From positions 1,464,323 to 1,528,322 of the forward strand of contig MU004194.1 of NCBI GenBank assembly GCA_010093605.1: 64,000 bases of DNA. Reading direction: 5' to 3'. Position numbers and translations under genes: made by a program. The notes under the pieces were generated by a model. It ran no database searches. It was given only the letters and a program-made list of their open reading frames with translations, and had not been told where the DNA came from. Shown here piece after piece: positions 1 through 11,389 of the stretch; the stretch's first letter is position 1, and the number at the start of each line of letters is the position of its first letter. Origin of the DNA: Lophium mytilinum (Eukaryota).

Positions 1-199
1 CTAATAACCTCTATAAGTATTATAGCCTTCTTAGTATCTACTATATCTACTACGCTAGCCTTAGTAGATAGTTAGATTAGCGCAGTGCGCTATATAGACA
101 CGGATTAATATATTATTATTACGCTAATAGCGCTGTATAGCTACTACTATATCTATAGCTCTAGTAAATAGCTTTCCTATTATAGCGCCTTTATTAACC

Positions 200-1770
200 T
201 AGATAAGTTCTTACTCTTAGATAATAGTTATTATATTATTCTTATTCTACTTAGGTATTATATTAGCTTGCTCTATAATACGGCTCTAGAAATTATCTAT
301 TAATTTATTTTATTCTTAGAATATCGTGCAGATCTTATTCCAGGCTATATTTTCTATATTAGGGTTAAGGAATTAATTATCTAGAAAGGCCTAGGCGTCC
401 GCTAGGGTAATAAGCTTATTCTTAGACATCTATTTAGACATTATAAATTATTCTATAACTAAGTTAAGCTTAATTTAGAAGATTATATATCTAAGCTATA
501 GATAGTTATTTTAGAACTTATAGCCGCCTCTAGAAATCTTAAGTATAACGCGGGCCTTCTAGCTAGAATACTATACCTTATTACCGGTGAATTCTAGGGC
601 GTCCGCAATGTAGTTGCGCGTGTATAATCTTAAGCGCGAGCGTAAGCGCAAGTAGTAGCGCTTAGAGTAGTATTAATTACAACTATAACTATATTAGTTA
701 TTATCTAAATTAGACGAGCTAGTAGAGCTATTAGAGCTGCTAGAGTTATTATCGCCGTATAGCTTATTTTAATAAGATTTGCGCTTCTTAGAGCGCTTCT
801 TACGCTTATATAGATTCTTATTATTATTATAGCTATTACTACTAAGTAGAGGTTGTATAATAGGAAAGAGGCTATTAATAGCATTAGGCTGGGCGTGTTT
901 ACGTAAAGTTGTGGCTAAAATTTTAACTAGTATAGCCTGTTATTTAGAAGTAGATACTATAGCGTTAGTAGTAATTATCTAGCATTAAAGCTTTATAGCT
1001 TCTTTCTCTAGCTTTACTACCTTACTTACTTAAAGTTTATAAGCTGCCTTAGCTTTATAGTAGTTATCTTTATATATAGCTAGGTTCTTAACCTAGCACT
1101 TAGCCTACTCTATAGCCTTTTATAGCTTTTTCTTAGTCTCCTCTAGCTTTTTTTTAAGCTTCTTGCTCTTTATTAAGAGATAAAGGAGTTTATTAGCTTT
1201 ACTAGCAAGTTTAACCTTCTGCGCAGCTACTTTATCTTTATAGACTTATACTTATTTATTAGTAGTAGAGGCGGCCGTAAGTTTATTAAATTTACTCTTA
1301 GCTTCTATTAGTTCCTTCTAGAGTTCCTCTGCTTATTCTAAGAGTTCCTAGACTTTATCCTTCTTATCTTTAGTAGCATCTTCTTATTCTTTTATAATAT
1401 TGCGCTTAAGATTAACCTTAACTTATAGTGCGCGGTAACGCTCTTTAGCGTCTTTGCGTGTAATCTCCTTGCGCTAGGCTTATATCTTATATCCCTGCAG
1501 AATCTAGAACTGCTTTATAGGGTTTACTTTAATAAGCGTAAGATAAGTATTAGTATTATTAATCTAGATAAGGCTAAGTTGCTTATCTTTACTAATAGTA
1601 GAATAGTTAATAAACGTAGAGTCTTTAATAAAATTGCCCGGGGTTTATACTATAAGGCGTAATAGAGTTTTACTAACTTATTTTTTTTCTAGGGTATTAA
1701 TTACTTCTAAGGAAGGCCCGTTAACGTTCTTAATCTTATTATTAAGGGCGACCTGCTAGCTCCGTCCTAT
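200..1770 (-). pseudogene. RIP-inactivated ORF encoding a K/E-rich coiled-coil protein (boundaries approximate)
   Basis: Minus-strand translation of 1321-1500 gives LQGYKI*A*RKEITRKDAKERYRAL*VKVNLKRNIIKE*EDATKDKKDKV*ELLE*AEEL. This is one frame with TAA/TAG stops typical of RIP changes from CAA/CAG. Confidence 0.5.
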
Positions 1771-2355
1771 AGTAGCGGATGTAAATTAAGTATTAACTAG
1801 GGTGTTAGGGTCTTAGGTAAATTATTTAGGTTTATCCCCTTAGGAGGACTAGTGCTTGCGCTTAAGGCGAGCCTATAATAGAGAGACTAATATAGCTAGG
1901 TTATTACTAGAGGTAGAATTACTATTATAGTTGGAGTTAGGCTTAGATTTAATAAAGATAGGGTTCTTAGCAGTGCTTATAGTGGGGCGGTGCGCTAGTA
2001 AGAGGAAATAGTAGCTGTAGCGCGCAACTAATATATTACGCGGAATAATAGAGGAAATATTAACCTATAGGTTATATAGGATAATTAATAGCTATATAGA
2101 ATAGTATAGAAGTAGGCCCCTTATAGCTTTATAGGGGGGTAGTAGAAGTTATAGGTAGAAGGTAAGTAAGAGAGAGAAAGAAAGAGGATAAGGGCGGCTA
2201 GTTAAAGTGGCTACGTGGCCGGTCCTAAGTTAGGTTAGCGTATAGTAAATTATATAGAAAAATCTATGCAGTCTTATATAAGAACTATATAATATAGAGA
2301 AGAAAGTTATTTATATAGTAAGTATATAATAGCCTATAGCAAGGCTATTTAGATT

Positions 2356-2646
2356 TACCCGCAGGCTGTATAACTAAGTAGACCCGCAGGCTGTATACTA
2401 AGTAGACCCGCAGGTTATATACTAAGTAGATTAACTAAGCTAACCCGCAGGCTGTAGACTAGGTAGACCCGTAGGCTAATTAATAAGCGGCCTGTAGGCT
2501 TATTAGCTAAGCAGCCCGCAGGCTATTTAACTAAGCGGCCCGCAGGCTATTTAATTAAGCGGCCCGCAGGCTATTTAACTAAGCGGCCCGTAGGCTATTT
2601 TAACTAAGCGGCCCGCAGGCTATTTAACTAAGCGGCCCGTAGGCTA
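2356..2646 (+). repeat. Tandem array of ~12 copies of a ~24-bp unit (taactaagcggcccgcaggctatt); probable subterminal repeat
   Basis: Head-to-tail copies are directly visible, with RIP-type variants (cgcagg/cgtagg). Confidence 0.9.
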
Positions 2647-2799
2647 GTAGCTTATTTTTAAAGAAATTAGTGCCTATAGGCCGTGTAATTAAGCTAAGGG
2701 GCTATACTACTAAAGTAATAGTATTAAGGCTGCTGGCGGTATAGTCTAGCGTAACTTTGCAATAGGTAATTAGGGCTTGTAGAAAAGAAAATTATATAT

Positions 2800-3900
2800 T
2801 TAGGTAGCACGTAGTATTATAGGTAGTAAGGTACGGAGGTATATTAAATAAGAAGTAGAATTATATTATAAGACGTGCTATAAGAAGCTGGAGTATAAGG
2901 CTGCTCGCGATCTATCTAGAGAGACACGCTGGTAGCGGAATAATAATGTTTCTAGCAAGCACGTAACTATTAGGCACGTGCTAGGTTTATAGCTAGAAAA
3001 GAGGCCTAGATCTATTACATTATTTAATATAGATAAAAAGATAAGATTTAATATATACTCTACTACGCCTAAAAAAGTAATATATACTATAGCTAAGCGC
3101 CTAGTATACCTAGAGAGGTACTACTTACACGTAATGCGTATAGAGTGGAGTAGATTCTAGATATTAGAGGTTTTTAATAGCTTAATTAAGCGGCTATATA
3201 ATAAGTAGAAGAACCTACTATATTAGAGGCCTTAGCTTAATAAGTATATAATACTTAAGAGGTACGCTAGAGCTCTCTAGAGGTAGAAGTATAGTAGAGG
3301 GCGAGTATAGGGCTCTATAGATAGTACTTTCTTTAGGTTCTATAGGCCTAAGAATAGTTAGCGCTAGCTTACTATATACTCTAGATATTATAAAGGAAAC
3401 GGGCTAAAGTATTAGTTAATTATAATACTAGATAGACTCGCCTCTTATATATCTATACCCTTCTTAGCGCTAAGTAATAACTAGAACATCTATTTATAAT
3501 TAGAAGTAATTAAAAGGCTCTAGGATATCTTTATTAGTAAGCCTATATTATATTTATATAGTAATAATATATATAGAGAGAGCTATAGTTATATTTCTCT
3601 ATAGAGTAACTAGAAAGAGTTTAGATAGTTAATATATAAGTAACTACAGTTAAATTATAAGCTTAGTAGCGCTAGAATTATAGTAGAGAATACCTTTAGA
3701 AAGATTAAATAGCTATTTACCTATAATTACCTTAAATAGAGCCTCTAGTATAGTAGCTAGCCTCTTGCCGCGTATTTTATAGTATTAGTACTCTTCTATA
3801 ATATTTTAACGTGCCTCTAGGGCATAATAGATCTAATTACAAAGTAATTTAAGTGCAAGCCGCCGTCTATAATAGAGTATCTAGGTATAGAAGTAGTAGA
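2800..3900 (+). pseudogene. PIF/Harbinger DDE transposase, RIP-inactivated (start approximate)
   Basis: The frame from 3302 reads V*GSIDSTFFRFYRP...IYSRYYKGNGLKY*LIIILDRL...YLYSNNIY...NYKLSSARIIVENTFRKIK*LF...LTCL*G...KPPSIIEYL. This matches the family motifs WGxIDGT..CRP, YSGxxxxxGLKYQ..PDGL, YLYGDxAY and LSSARIxVENAFG once G>A/C>T changes are reversed. Confidence 0.85.
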
Positions 3901-4049
3901 AAATAGGCCTAAAAATAAGGCTATAGAAAATAGGTAGTATATAGAAAATAGGTTATATATAGAAAAATAGGTAGTATATAGAAAGTAGGTAGTTTCTAGG
4001 CTATAGAATAGAATAGAAGTATTAAAATTACGCTAGTATATACTAATAG

Positions 4050-5500
4050 CCTCTTAGTAATTTACTTAATTTAAACTCTACTAATTAGAATATATAGATT
4101 CTTGCTAAACCCGCTACTACCTACTATTACCTAAACCTTATTCTTGCACCTGCCTAGCTTAGTAGCTACTAATTAGTTAGATTCTCTTATTAAAGCTCTT
4201 TTAATATACTTAAACCTAACCTTCTATACTAACCTACTACTTATTCTATCTACCTCCGCGCTTTAATAGCTGCCTTATTATTACCTATAGGTTGTTATTT
4301 ACCTTCTACTACTTAGCACAGTTCTTCTATATCTTCTAGCGAAGCCCGGTAATATTAGCTAGCCTAGAAACTATCCTCTTATAAAGTTTAAGCTTATAGC
4401 GCCTTATTTCTAGTTTCTTCTTTCTCTCTTTATATTAGATAGCCTTTTAAAACGCTATAGCATTAAAATAGTAGTTAAATAGCTAGTTTATAGCCTCTAT
4501 AGAATACTAAGCATCTACTATAGCTTAATAGTAAGAAGTATCTAGGTTTATACTAGTATATAGCACTACGCGTCTCTCTCTATTTTCTTTCTCTCCTCTC
4601 TTCCTCTTTACCACGCGCTGGAGGCAGCTAATAGCTACCTTATTCTTCTCTCTCTTCTCTCTATCTAGCTCTTCTATTAATTTCTTTTTATCTAAAGCTT
4701 TCTAGTTTACTATTGCAATAATATTATCTACGCGCGCGTTAAATTAATTAGGATTCTTACGCCCTATACCTTTATTCTAGCCTATAAGATAGGCCTCTTA
4801 GTACCTAATCTAGCCCTTTAAGTAGATCTACTTACTATCTAAACCTATACTATTTTTCTAGCTAAAAATTATATAGTAGAGGTTTATAGGTTTAAACCCT
4901 ATTTTCTTCTTATATTCTACTATTATATCTCTATAGAAAGTCTTATTACTCTTAGCCTTTATATATAGCTCTTTACAGGTAATAAAAAGAGTAGCTACCT
5001 CTAGCTTAAGGCTATCTTTCTACTCTATAGCTTTACTACGCGTCTTCCGCTTTCTATATATAGTTATATAAAACTTCTAAATATAGCTAGTAATTAGTAT
5101 AACATTCTTATCTATAGATGCCTTAGCGGCCTTCCTAGCGGTAGCTTATTTCTTTAGCGCTACTATTTTAGTAGGGGCAGGAAAAGGTAGGTTCTTCTTC
5201 TTATTCTTCTTATTATTATCTATTATTATAGGCTTATTCTCTTTAGTTTTCTTAGCCTTGCTATTATTCTCTATAGCCTTTTTATTCTCTTTTCTCTTCC
5301 TCTATAGTGTAGCCTTTTCTTTACCCTTTAGCGCGGCTACTTCCGCAGCCTAAGGCGCGCCCAGTTCCGTAGCCTAAGGCGCGCCTAGTTCCGCAGCCTA
5401 CGGCGCGCGCGGTTCTATAACTAGAACCGGCGGCGATAAAGCTATTATAATAGGCGGCCGTAAGGGCGTTAATATAGTAGTTAACTATAGAATATACTAG
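4050..5500 (-). pseudogene. Harbinger second ORF (Myb/SANT-like DNA-binding plus coiled coil), RIP-inactivated
   Basis: Minus frame ~5050-4900 reads KRKTRSKAIE*KDSLKLEVATLFITCKELYIKAKSNKTFYRDIIVEYKKKIG, followed by an R/E-rich segment. It is convergent with the transposase, as is common in this superfamily. A 24-bp x3 repeat lies at ~5340-5412. Confidence 0.55.
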
Positions 5501-8500
5501 AGAGAAACTAGATAAGTTTAATACGTCTTATAATATAGCGGTAGTGTTAGGGCTAGTAAGCTTATAAGTGTTAAAGTAATAGGTAATAAAGAGATTATAT
5601 ATACTTTTAGCTAACTATTATTATAGTATAGTTGCGGCGCGTACTACTACTACCTCTATAGAGGACTTAAATTCTATAGCGTAATATTATATATATTACT
5701 ATACTTATAGCCCGTACTATTATAGATAGAAGGGGGGCCTTATAGCTAAGGTTAAGGCAGGCTACAGGCCTAAGGTTAAGGCAGCCTACAGGCCTAAGGC
5801 TGCTAGCTAAAAGGTGTAGAAGGATTATATACTAGCCGCGTAAGGTAAAAAGAAGGTAATTAGGTAGCTATAGGTATATATAGGTTACGCCCTATATATA
5901 GTAGCTATTTTAGATTATTTAAATTACTATAAAAACTTATACTAATAAAAATATAGGTGTAAATTTAAATAGTATACGCGACGCGTTAATATATAATATA
6001 TATAATATTAATTCTACCTATATACTAAGCTACTATATTATTCTACTAAATCTTATACGGCCTTCTCTCTATATAGGTAAGCTGCCTACGTTATAGGTAA
6101 GCCACCTACTACCCACTAATTTATAAAGGAGTTGTGTAAGCCCCTTTATTTCTATGCTAACGTGTTAATTTAGTGGCGTACAGGGGCCTTAACACCAACC
6201 TTTCCTCTCACGGGCGAGCTAGCCCGTGCGGGGTATGGGCGGCGTGTGGGCAGCCGTGTGGGTGAGGGAGAAAAACCGCTATAATGCTGGTAGCTCGTCA
6301 GTGATGATCGCCGGCTTTGGTGCGCGATGGTGAGTGCGGCACGGAACCCAATCTGAGATCAGGGCCGGCCTCAGACCCTTTGGGCGGGGGAGCGGGGAAT
6401 CGGCTGCGCTTGCCGCGACTGCAGGTACGGTACAGCGAAGGACCGGACAGTGCAGCCTACCAGCAGTTACGCAGACGGGCGGAGCGGAGGGAGGGTGGCC
6501 AGACGAGAAGCTGGAGCGGTTCCACAGCAGCTGTAAGAGACGCGAAGCGAATGTATGTAATGTGCCTAATGTGCCCTGGCCGTTGAGGCAGAACCAGGTC
6601 CAGCGCTGGTGGTACCCCTGCGGGAGATCGTACTGTATTACAACCACATGTTGATGCTGTTTTCATTGCTGCGAGGCCAGATGAGCAGTGGAATCTTTGA
6701 AAGATGGGGTATTGGGAACAGAGTGCTGGGTAGGAATTTCAATAGAGCGTCTAGCTGAGGAACGAATGACGGCTCCGCCGAATCCTCCATCGCTGCCAGA
6801 GAAGGCGAGCTGGTGGCCATTCAGAAGCAGACCGTGTCGTCGGCCGATGCCACAAGACCCAAGCAGGCGGGCGTGGCAGGCCGATATCGCCCACGCCGCA
6901 GACGTGCAGACGCGCATTCTGTGAAGGTTAGTGTGCCCCTGCGGAGAACATGGCAATCGAAACAGCCTAAGACGGGCCCTATTTCGCGGGCTCCGAGTGT
7001 CCTGATGCCGCCACCTGCGACTGCAAGTCAACGCGGAGTCTGAACGTCGTCGACTACTCGTCCGGAGTTTGCCAGTGTCATGCGTCCTTCGTGTTACCGA
7101 CAGAATGGGAACAGACTCACCACCCTGACGGCAGTCGTCTGCCGTCTGTTGGAGGCGCCTGGCCTGCTCCAGCGGTTCCCAAATGCCCTCCAGCGAGCGC
7201 CACGAGGAGTCGTGATAGTGATCCAGTTGCAGGCGAAGAACTTCCTCGCCGCACCCTAGCCGCCTCGCCGCACCCTCGCTGCCCTAAAGCCCCTATGCCG
7301 ATTGCCTCGCCCTCGCCAGCGGCCGCCTCCTGCGACGAACTGCTCGTATCTGCACGCTCCCCAGACGAAGATCATGATCGTCAACTGCAGCGATCTACCC
7401 GGTGGTATCTTGCCTGAGCCTGAGCAAGAAGCGTCTAGTTGGCTGCCAACTTGTCAGAATGCTGTCCACTACGCTAGACGATTCTTCGGTATCCAATTAT
7501 GGGTGTCCGTCCCGAACATGCCGCCCAGAACAGGTAGGTATTGTAGCTCAGCACTCTTGTTTCGGCAAGCCGAGAGCGCATCGAAGGCAGTGCCGGCAAA
7601 CAGAAGTCCTGTATAATGCCGGCAGAAGCTGCTCAGCACGGACGTGGCACAGCATGCGCTTGGCAACCGTTATCGACTAAGCTCGAATCGTGTTCTGCTT
7701 CTTGGACGCACAATTCCACCTTCTCTTTGCATTCCTGTGCTGCCACCTCCTGAACCGCTCATTGGCCCACACAATGGCCGCGGAGTGGCCTCCATGACGC
7801 CTCATGGTTGAACGACGATGTCTTTCACGAGTATCAGACTCCTGTGGGGTGCAGACAAGCAAGCAATAGCTGCCGGTGCATATGCAGGTCCGATTGCGGC
7901 TTGCTGAACCATCGCTGGCCTATGCTAATCCTCATTAGGATGCGAGGGAGACCCCTGACGGCCGCTATCCAGTAGTTGTGAGGCTGTTGACACTGGGAAC
8001 TGGGGCAGTCTGGATCAATGTGGCTGTTGGCACGGCGCCGGCTGGACGGTAGGGTGTCATTCTTAACTCCAGAGAGGCGCTGGAGGCTGACGTTGCAGCG
8101 ATGCTCTGGGCAACACACCTTTAGGCAGTTCCCCCAACGCTCTCCCAGTCCTCTGGGTTCAGTCTGTTAATCCACGGCTAGGTCAGGCCGGCTTGACGTT
8201 GGACGCTTAAGAATGTCTGGGGCTCCTCGTCTTCTCTCGCACTCTCGTCAAAATAGAACCGGGCGGCCTTGCGTCTCAAAAAGCAACTCTTCCAATCTCT
8301 TGAAGTTCGTGATAGTCTGCAAGGCAGCTCGTTCTGCCGTCCAAACCGTCCCTTTGCCGAGTCCTCCGGTTCCTGAGCCGTCGACGAACTCAACCCAGCC
8401 CCTTGCATACCTTGCACAATCCAGGCCATCATTCGGTATATTACTCGTCTGGTCTTTCCTGGATTCCAGTATCCCAAGTTCAACAACTGGGTAAAGCTGC

Positions 8501-8977
8501 TTTCACAGCCGCATCAAGTTCGCCATCTGGCGAGTACTTCCAGATCGTACGCGAGTCCACCCACCATTCCAACGCAACGCCATCGCGTTCGCGACCGCGC
8601 CGCTGATCTGTAATATGTTGCACAGCGGTTAGTACAAGACTTTCGATACTCACTTGGATACAAGTTTCAAACTTCTTTGCTGGCTGCGTGTCGTTTCCAA
8701 GCCCACTTCAAAAGCCCAACCGAGGACCCCTTTTATCGTCATTCTCCAAAACGAACTTGACGATTCTTGTTTGATCTTTCTGTACCTTCCTTTTCGTCAA
8801 CATTCCTTCCTTTGTGAGTCCATTTCTTGGCTGAAGATGGCGATGTCTTTGGAAAGATTTCAGCCGTTCCATCCCTCGCTCCGTTTCGCTCAGAACTTGG
8901 CAGTAGAGAGATCGAACTGACAATGACGACTAGATAATACACCGTCAGCTTTACTCTACGATCCTAGAACATCAGTC

Positions 8978-10435
8978 ATGGAGTTCTCACATGATCCGAA
9001 AGACATCTACCATTCCCAGAGCAATTACCTATCATCTGGGCTACTCACGCCATCGACACCTGTGTACGAAGGGCGACGGGATTCGATCGCCTCGGCCCAA
9101 TCATCCATGTCGTATGCCCCTAGTTATAGCTCGGGGTCATTTTACTCTCCCAAAATGCCCCCAACTCCCACGTCTCAAAGAGATCATGCAGCGGATGATT
9201 TTACCTTCGTCCATGCTACGTCAAGTTTCGATGGTACGGCTGCTAGTGTCGGCGAAGATGCCTTCGGCGGATGCCTCGTCGGGGTTTCAGCATCAATGTC
9301 GCAGTCCATGCGAGGCATTGATAGTCATTCGCCATTTCCCAATGACTGGGTCTTCGTCCGACAGGAACACCAGCACCCCATACGACAGGAGACACTGCAG
9401 TCAAATGTCAGTTTACCTGCGGCTGGAGACCTTCCATCAGCTTTCAACGCACTGCTAGGCCCTCAAGCACAATCTCCATCCAGTGTCAGGGGCCTGTCAG
9501 ATTCGAATTCCTGGTCAATATATTCGAACAATGTTCACGACATCCCCGATGTTGCACCCCATGATTTGGGATACTCGTATGCCCCTCCACTGGGCGCCTC
9601 AAATGATGTTCATGTCGATCAGTGGCCGACCAGCACATCAGGGCAAATATTCTCTTGTATTGGTGCCACCGAAACGATCCGACCGGCGAACGCCGTATTC
9701 GATATGGAACCTTCATTAATGCAAATGGATTCTGACAGCTTTGATGAAAGCTTCGACTCGTATGGTACCTGCTCCTCTCCGATGCTTCATTCTCAGCAGG
9801 ACTCGTACCCAGATATTCCGACAGAAGATTACGCTCCGGTCAAGAACGAGGATTCGGACGCGGACGAACATGACGTGAAACTGCCAAGGAGAATGTACGT
9901 ATCGCCTACCGGTGGCAAAGGTGTGAAGAAAGAGCGCGGCATCTCCAAAAAGAAGTCGCTGAGAGGGAAACATAAATCCTTCATCTCCAAACTTCATTCG
10001 GGAGACGTGCAGGTAGATGTGGAGTTCGAGAGAGACAGCGAGGGTAATTACTATTGCCCCGAAGGTAGAGGTCAAAAGCAGAATTTTTGCGAGCATGCTG
10101 GGTGTGACAAGAAGTTCGCGCGACCGGAGCATTTGAAACGACATGAGCAAACGCACGCCAACGAGAAACTCTACTGCTGTGTAGTTTGCGAGAAACCGTT
10201 CAACAGGAATGACAATTGCCTCGCGCATTACCTTACACACGTGCAAAAGAAAGATGGCAAAGCGAAGCGAAATAAGCAATATCCCCTCTCGGAGATGGAA
10301 AGGATGATCCGACAATCGATGCGAGAGAGGAGAAGCCAGGAAGAAGGGGAGAAGATTATTGAATGGATCCAGAACAAGATTCTGGGTGAGGGAGACCAAA
10401 AGCCATCAAAACTGGCGGTTCGAGCGTCTCTTTGA
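8978..10435 (+). CDS. C2H2 zinc-finger transcription factor, BrlA-like
   Basis: 485-aa ORF with an S/P-rich N-terminus and two C-terminal fingers (CEHAGCDKKFARPEHLKRHEQTH; CVVCEKPFNRNDNCLAHYLTH), followed by KKDGKAKRN. It resembles the BrlA finger pair; orthology is not established. Confidence 0.85.
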   Translation: MEFSHDPKDIYHSQSNYLSSGLLTPSTPVYEGRRDSIASAQSSMSYAPSYSSGSFYSPKMPPTPTSQRDHAADDFTFVHATSSFDGTAASVGEDAFGGCLVGVSASMSQSMRGIDSHSPFPNDWVFVRQEHQHPIRQETLQSNVSLPAAGDLPSAFNALLGPQAQSPSSVRGLSDSNSWSIYSNNVHDIPDVAPHDLGYSYAPPLGASNDVHVDQWPTSTSGQIFSCIGATETIRPANAVFDMEPSLMQMDSDSFDESFDSYGTCSSPMLHSQQDSYPDIPTEDYAPVKNEDSDADEHDVKLPRRMYVSPTGGKGVKKERGISKKKSLRGKHKSFISKLHSGDVQVDVEFERDSEGNYYCPEGRGQKQNFCEHAGCDKKFARPEHLKRHEQTHANEKLYCCVVCEKPFNRNDNCLAHYLTHVQKKDGKAKRNKQYPLSEMERMIRQSMRERRSQEEGEKIIEWIQNKILGEGDQKPSKLAVRASL

Positions 10436-11389
10436 GCAGTCCTGCGCCTGTGGAGGTAATTTAACGCATTTTCGGATACCCTTACTGTTTTCTGTTTCCG
10501 CTATTACTTGGAACACGAAAAACACTCTTTCGCTTTCGGGTAGGTGGCTTTGGTGGAGTTCTTCATGTATTGGACTTTGGTTTCGGATATTTGTACTCAA
10601 CGATTCACGGAGACGCGACGGATGTTAATGGTGTCCATGATGGAGATACGATAATGTAACGATTGAATTGGGTGGCTCGCGCAATAGCAGATAGGTTTCT
10701 GATGCAGGTGCTGATGCAAAATCGTGATGGTGAGGGGCGCGTGCGGAGATTGTATGGCAGGGTTTCACGACGTTGACGTTGGAGAATCTTCAACTCTGTA
10801 AAACAGCGCTAGCTCTGCTTAGTCATCTGCAATACTCAAAGCAACACCTGCAAACAAAGGAGTGGCGCCATGATTTACATAGGGCATTTCTTCTTCTTCA
10901 TTAAGGTAGCCTCATGCCACCACGCAGTCTCGTAATCGAAAGCATGCAAGTCTCCTTGGGAAGCTTTCACTTTCCTAAGCAATTAGGGGCCAGGATGGGG
11001 AGGTCACGCTACTTTAAAGTAGAGCACCAGAAGTATTATCTCCTCTTTGATAATCCTCGTCCCTAAACTGAATCAGATAGATGGATATCATCTACAAGAA
11101 GCAGTAATGTCGTCAGGAGACCTCTTCAAGCAGTGGCAAAAAGGGGTACACAGCATTCAAAGTAGTCCAGATTCTTAAGATATATTATCCTCGCTCGAAT
11201 AGGGGGTTGAAACCCCCACGTCTCCTCCCATGATGCCAGTATGAAAGGACTCCTCCCTTTGATCTTAACAGCGAATTCCCAGCCGGTTCCCCTTCGTAAT
11301 TTGCCGAAGGGTGAAATGAAGACAAAAAAACCAGTCGCCCTTTTTTACGCCAACGCTGATGGATTGGTAATACAAACAACCCGAACTTC

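Larger units (their letters stand above)
2340..5830. mobile_element. RIP-decayed PIF/Harbinger DNA transposon (two convergent ORFs; ends approximate)
   Basis: A DDE_Tnp_4-like transposase remnant lies on + and a Myb/SANT-like coiled-coil ORF on -. Related motifs occur in inverted orientation near both ends (ggcctgtaggct ~2489; agcctacaggcc ~5783). No clean TIR or TSD was resolved. Confidence 0.75.
1..6200. repeat. AT-rich block heavily mutated by repeat-induced point mutation (RIP)
   Basis: TpA is strongly enriched and CpA/TpG nearly absent. The ORF track has no ORF before 6279. Composition returns abruptly to normal at ~6180-6280. Confidence 0.95.

Noticed and set aside
2356..2646. CRISPR-like repeat array
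   Set aside because: Units are contiguous with no unique spacers, the context is a eukaryotic transposon, and there are no cas genes.
6279..8942. Many short overlapping ORFs
   Set aside because: No recognisable domains, many non-ATG starts, and consistent with GC-rich promoter/leader DNA.
9716..10399. 227-aa antisense ORF within the C2H2 gene, and similar antisense ORFs in other genes
   Set aside because: Shadow ORFs from codon bias of the sense gene; no independent motifs.
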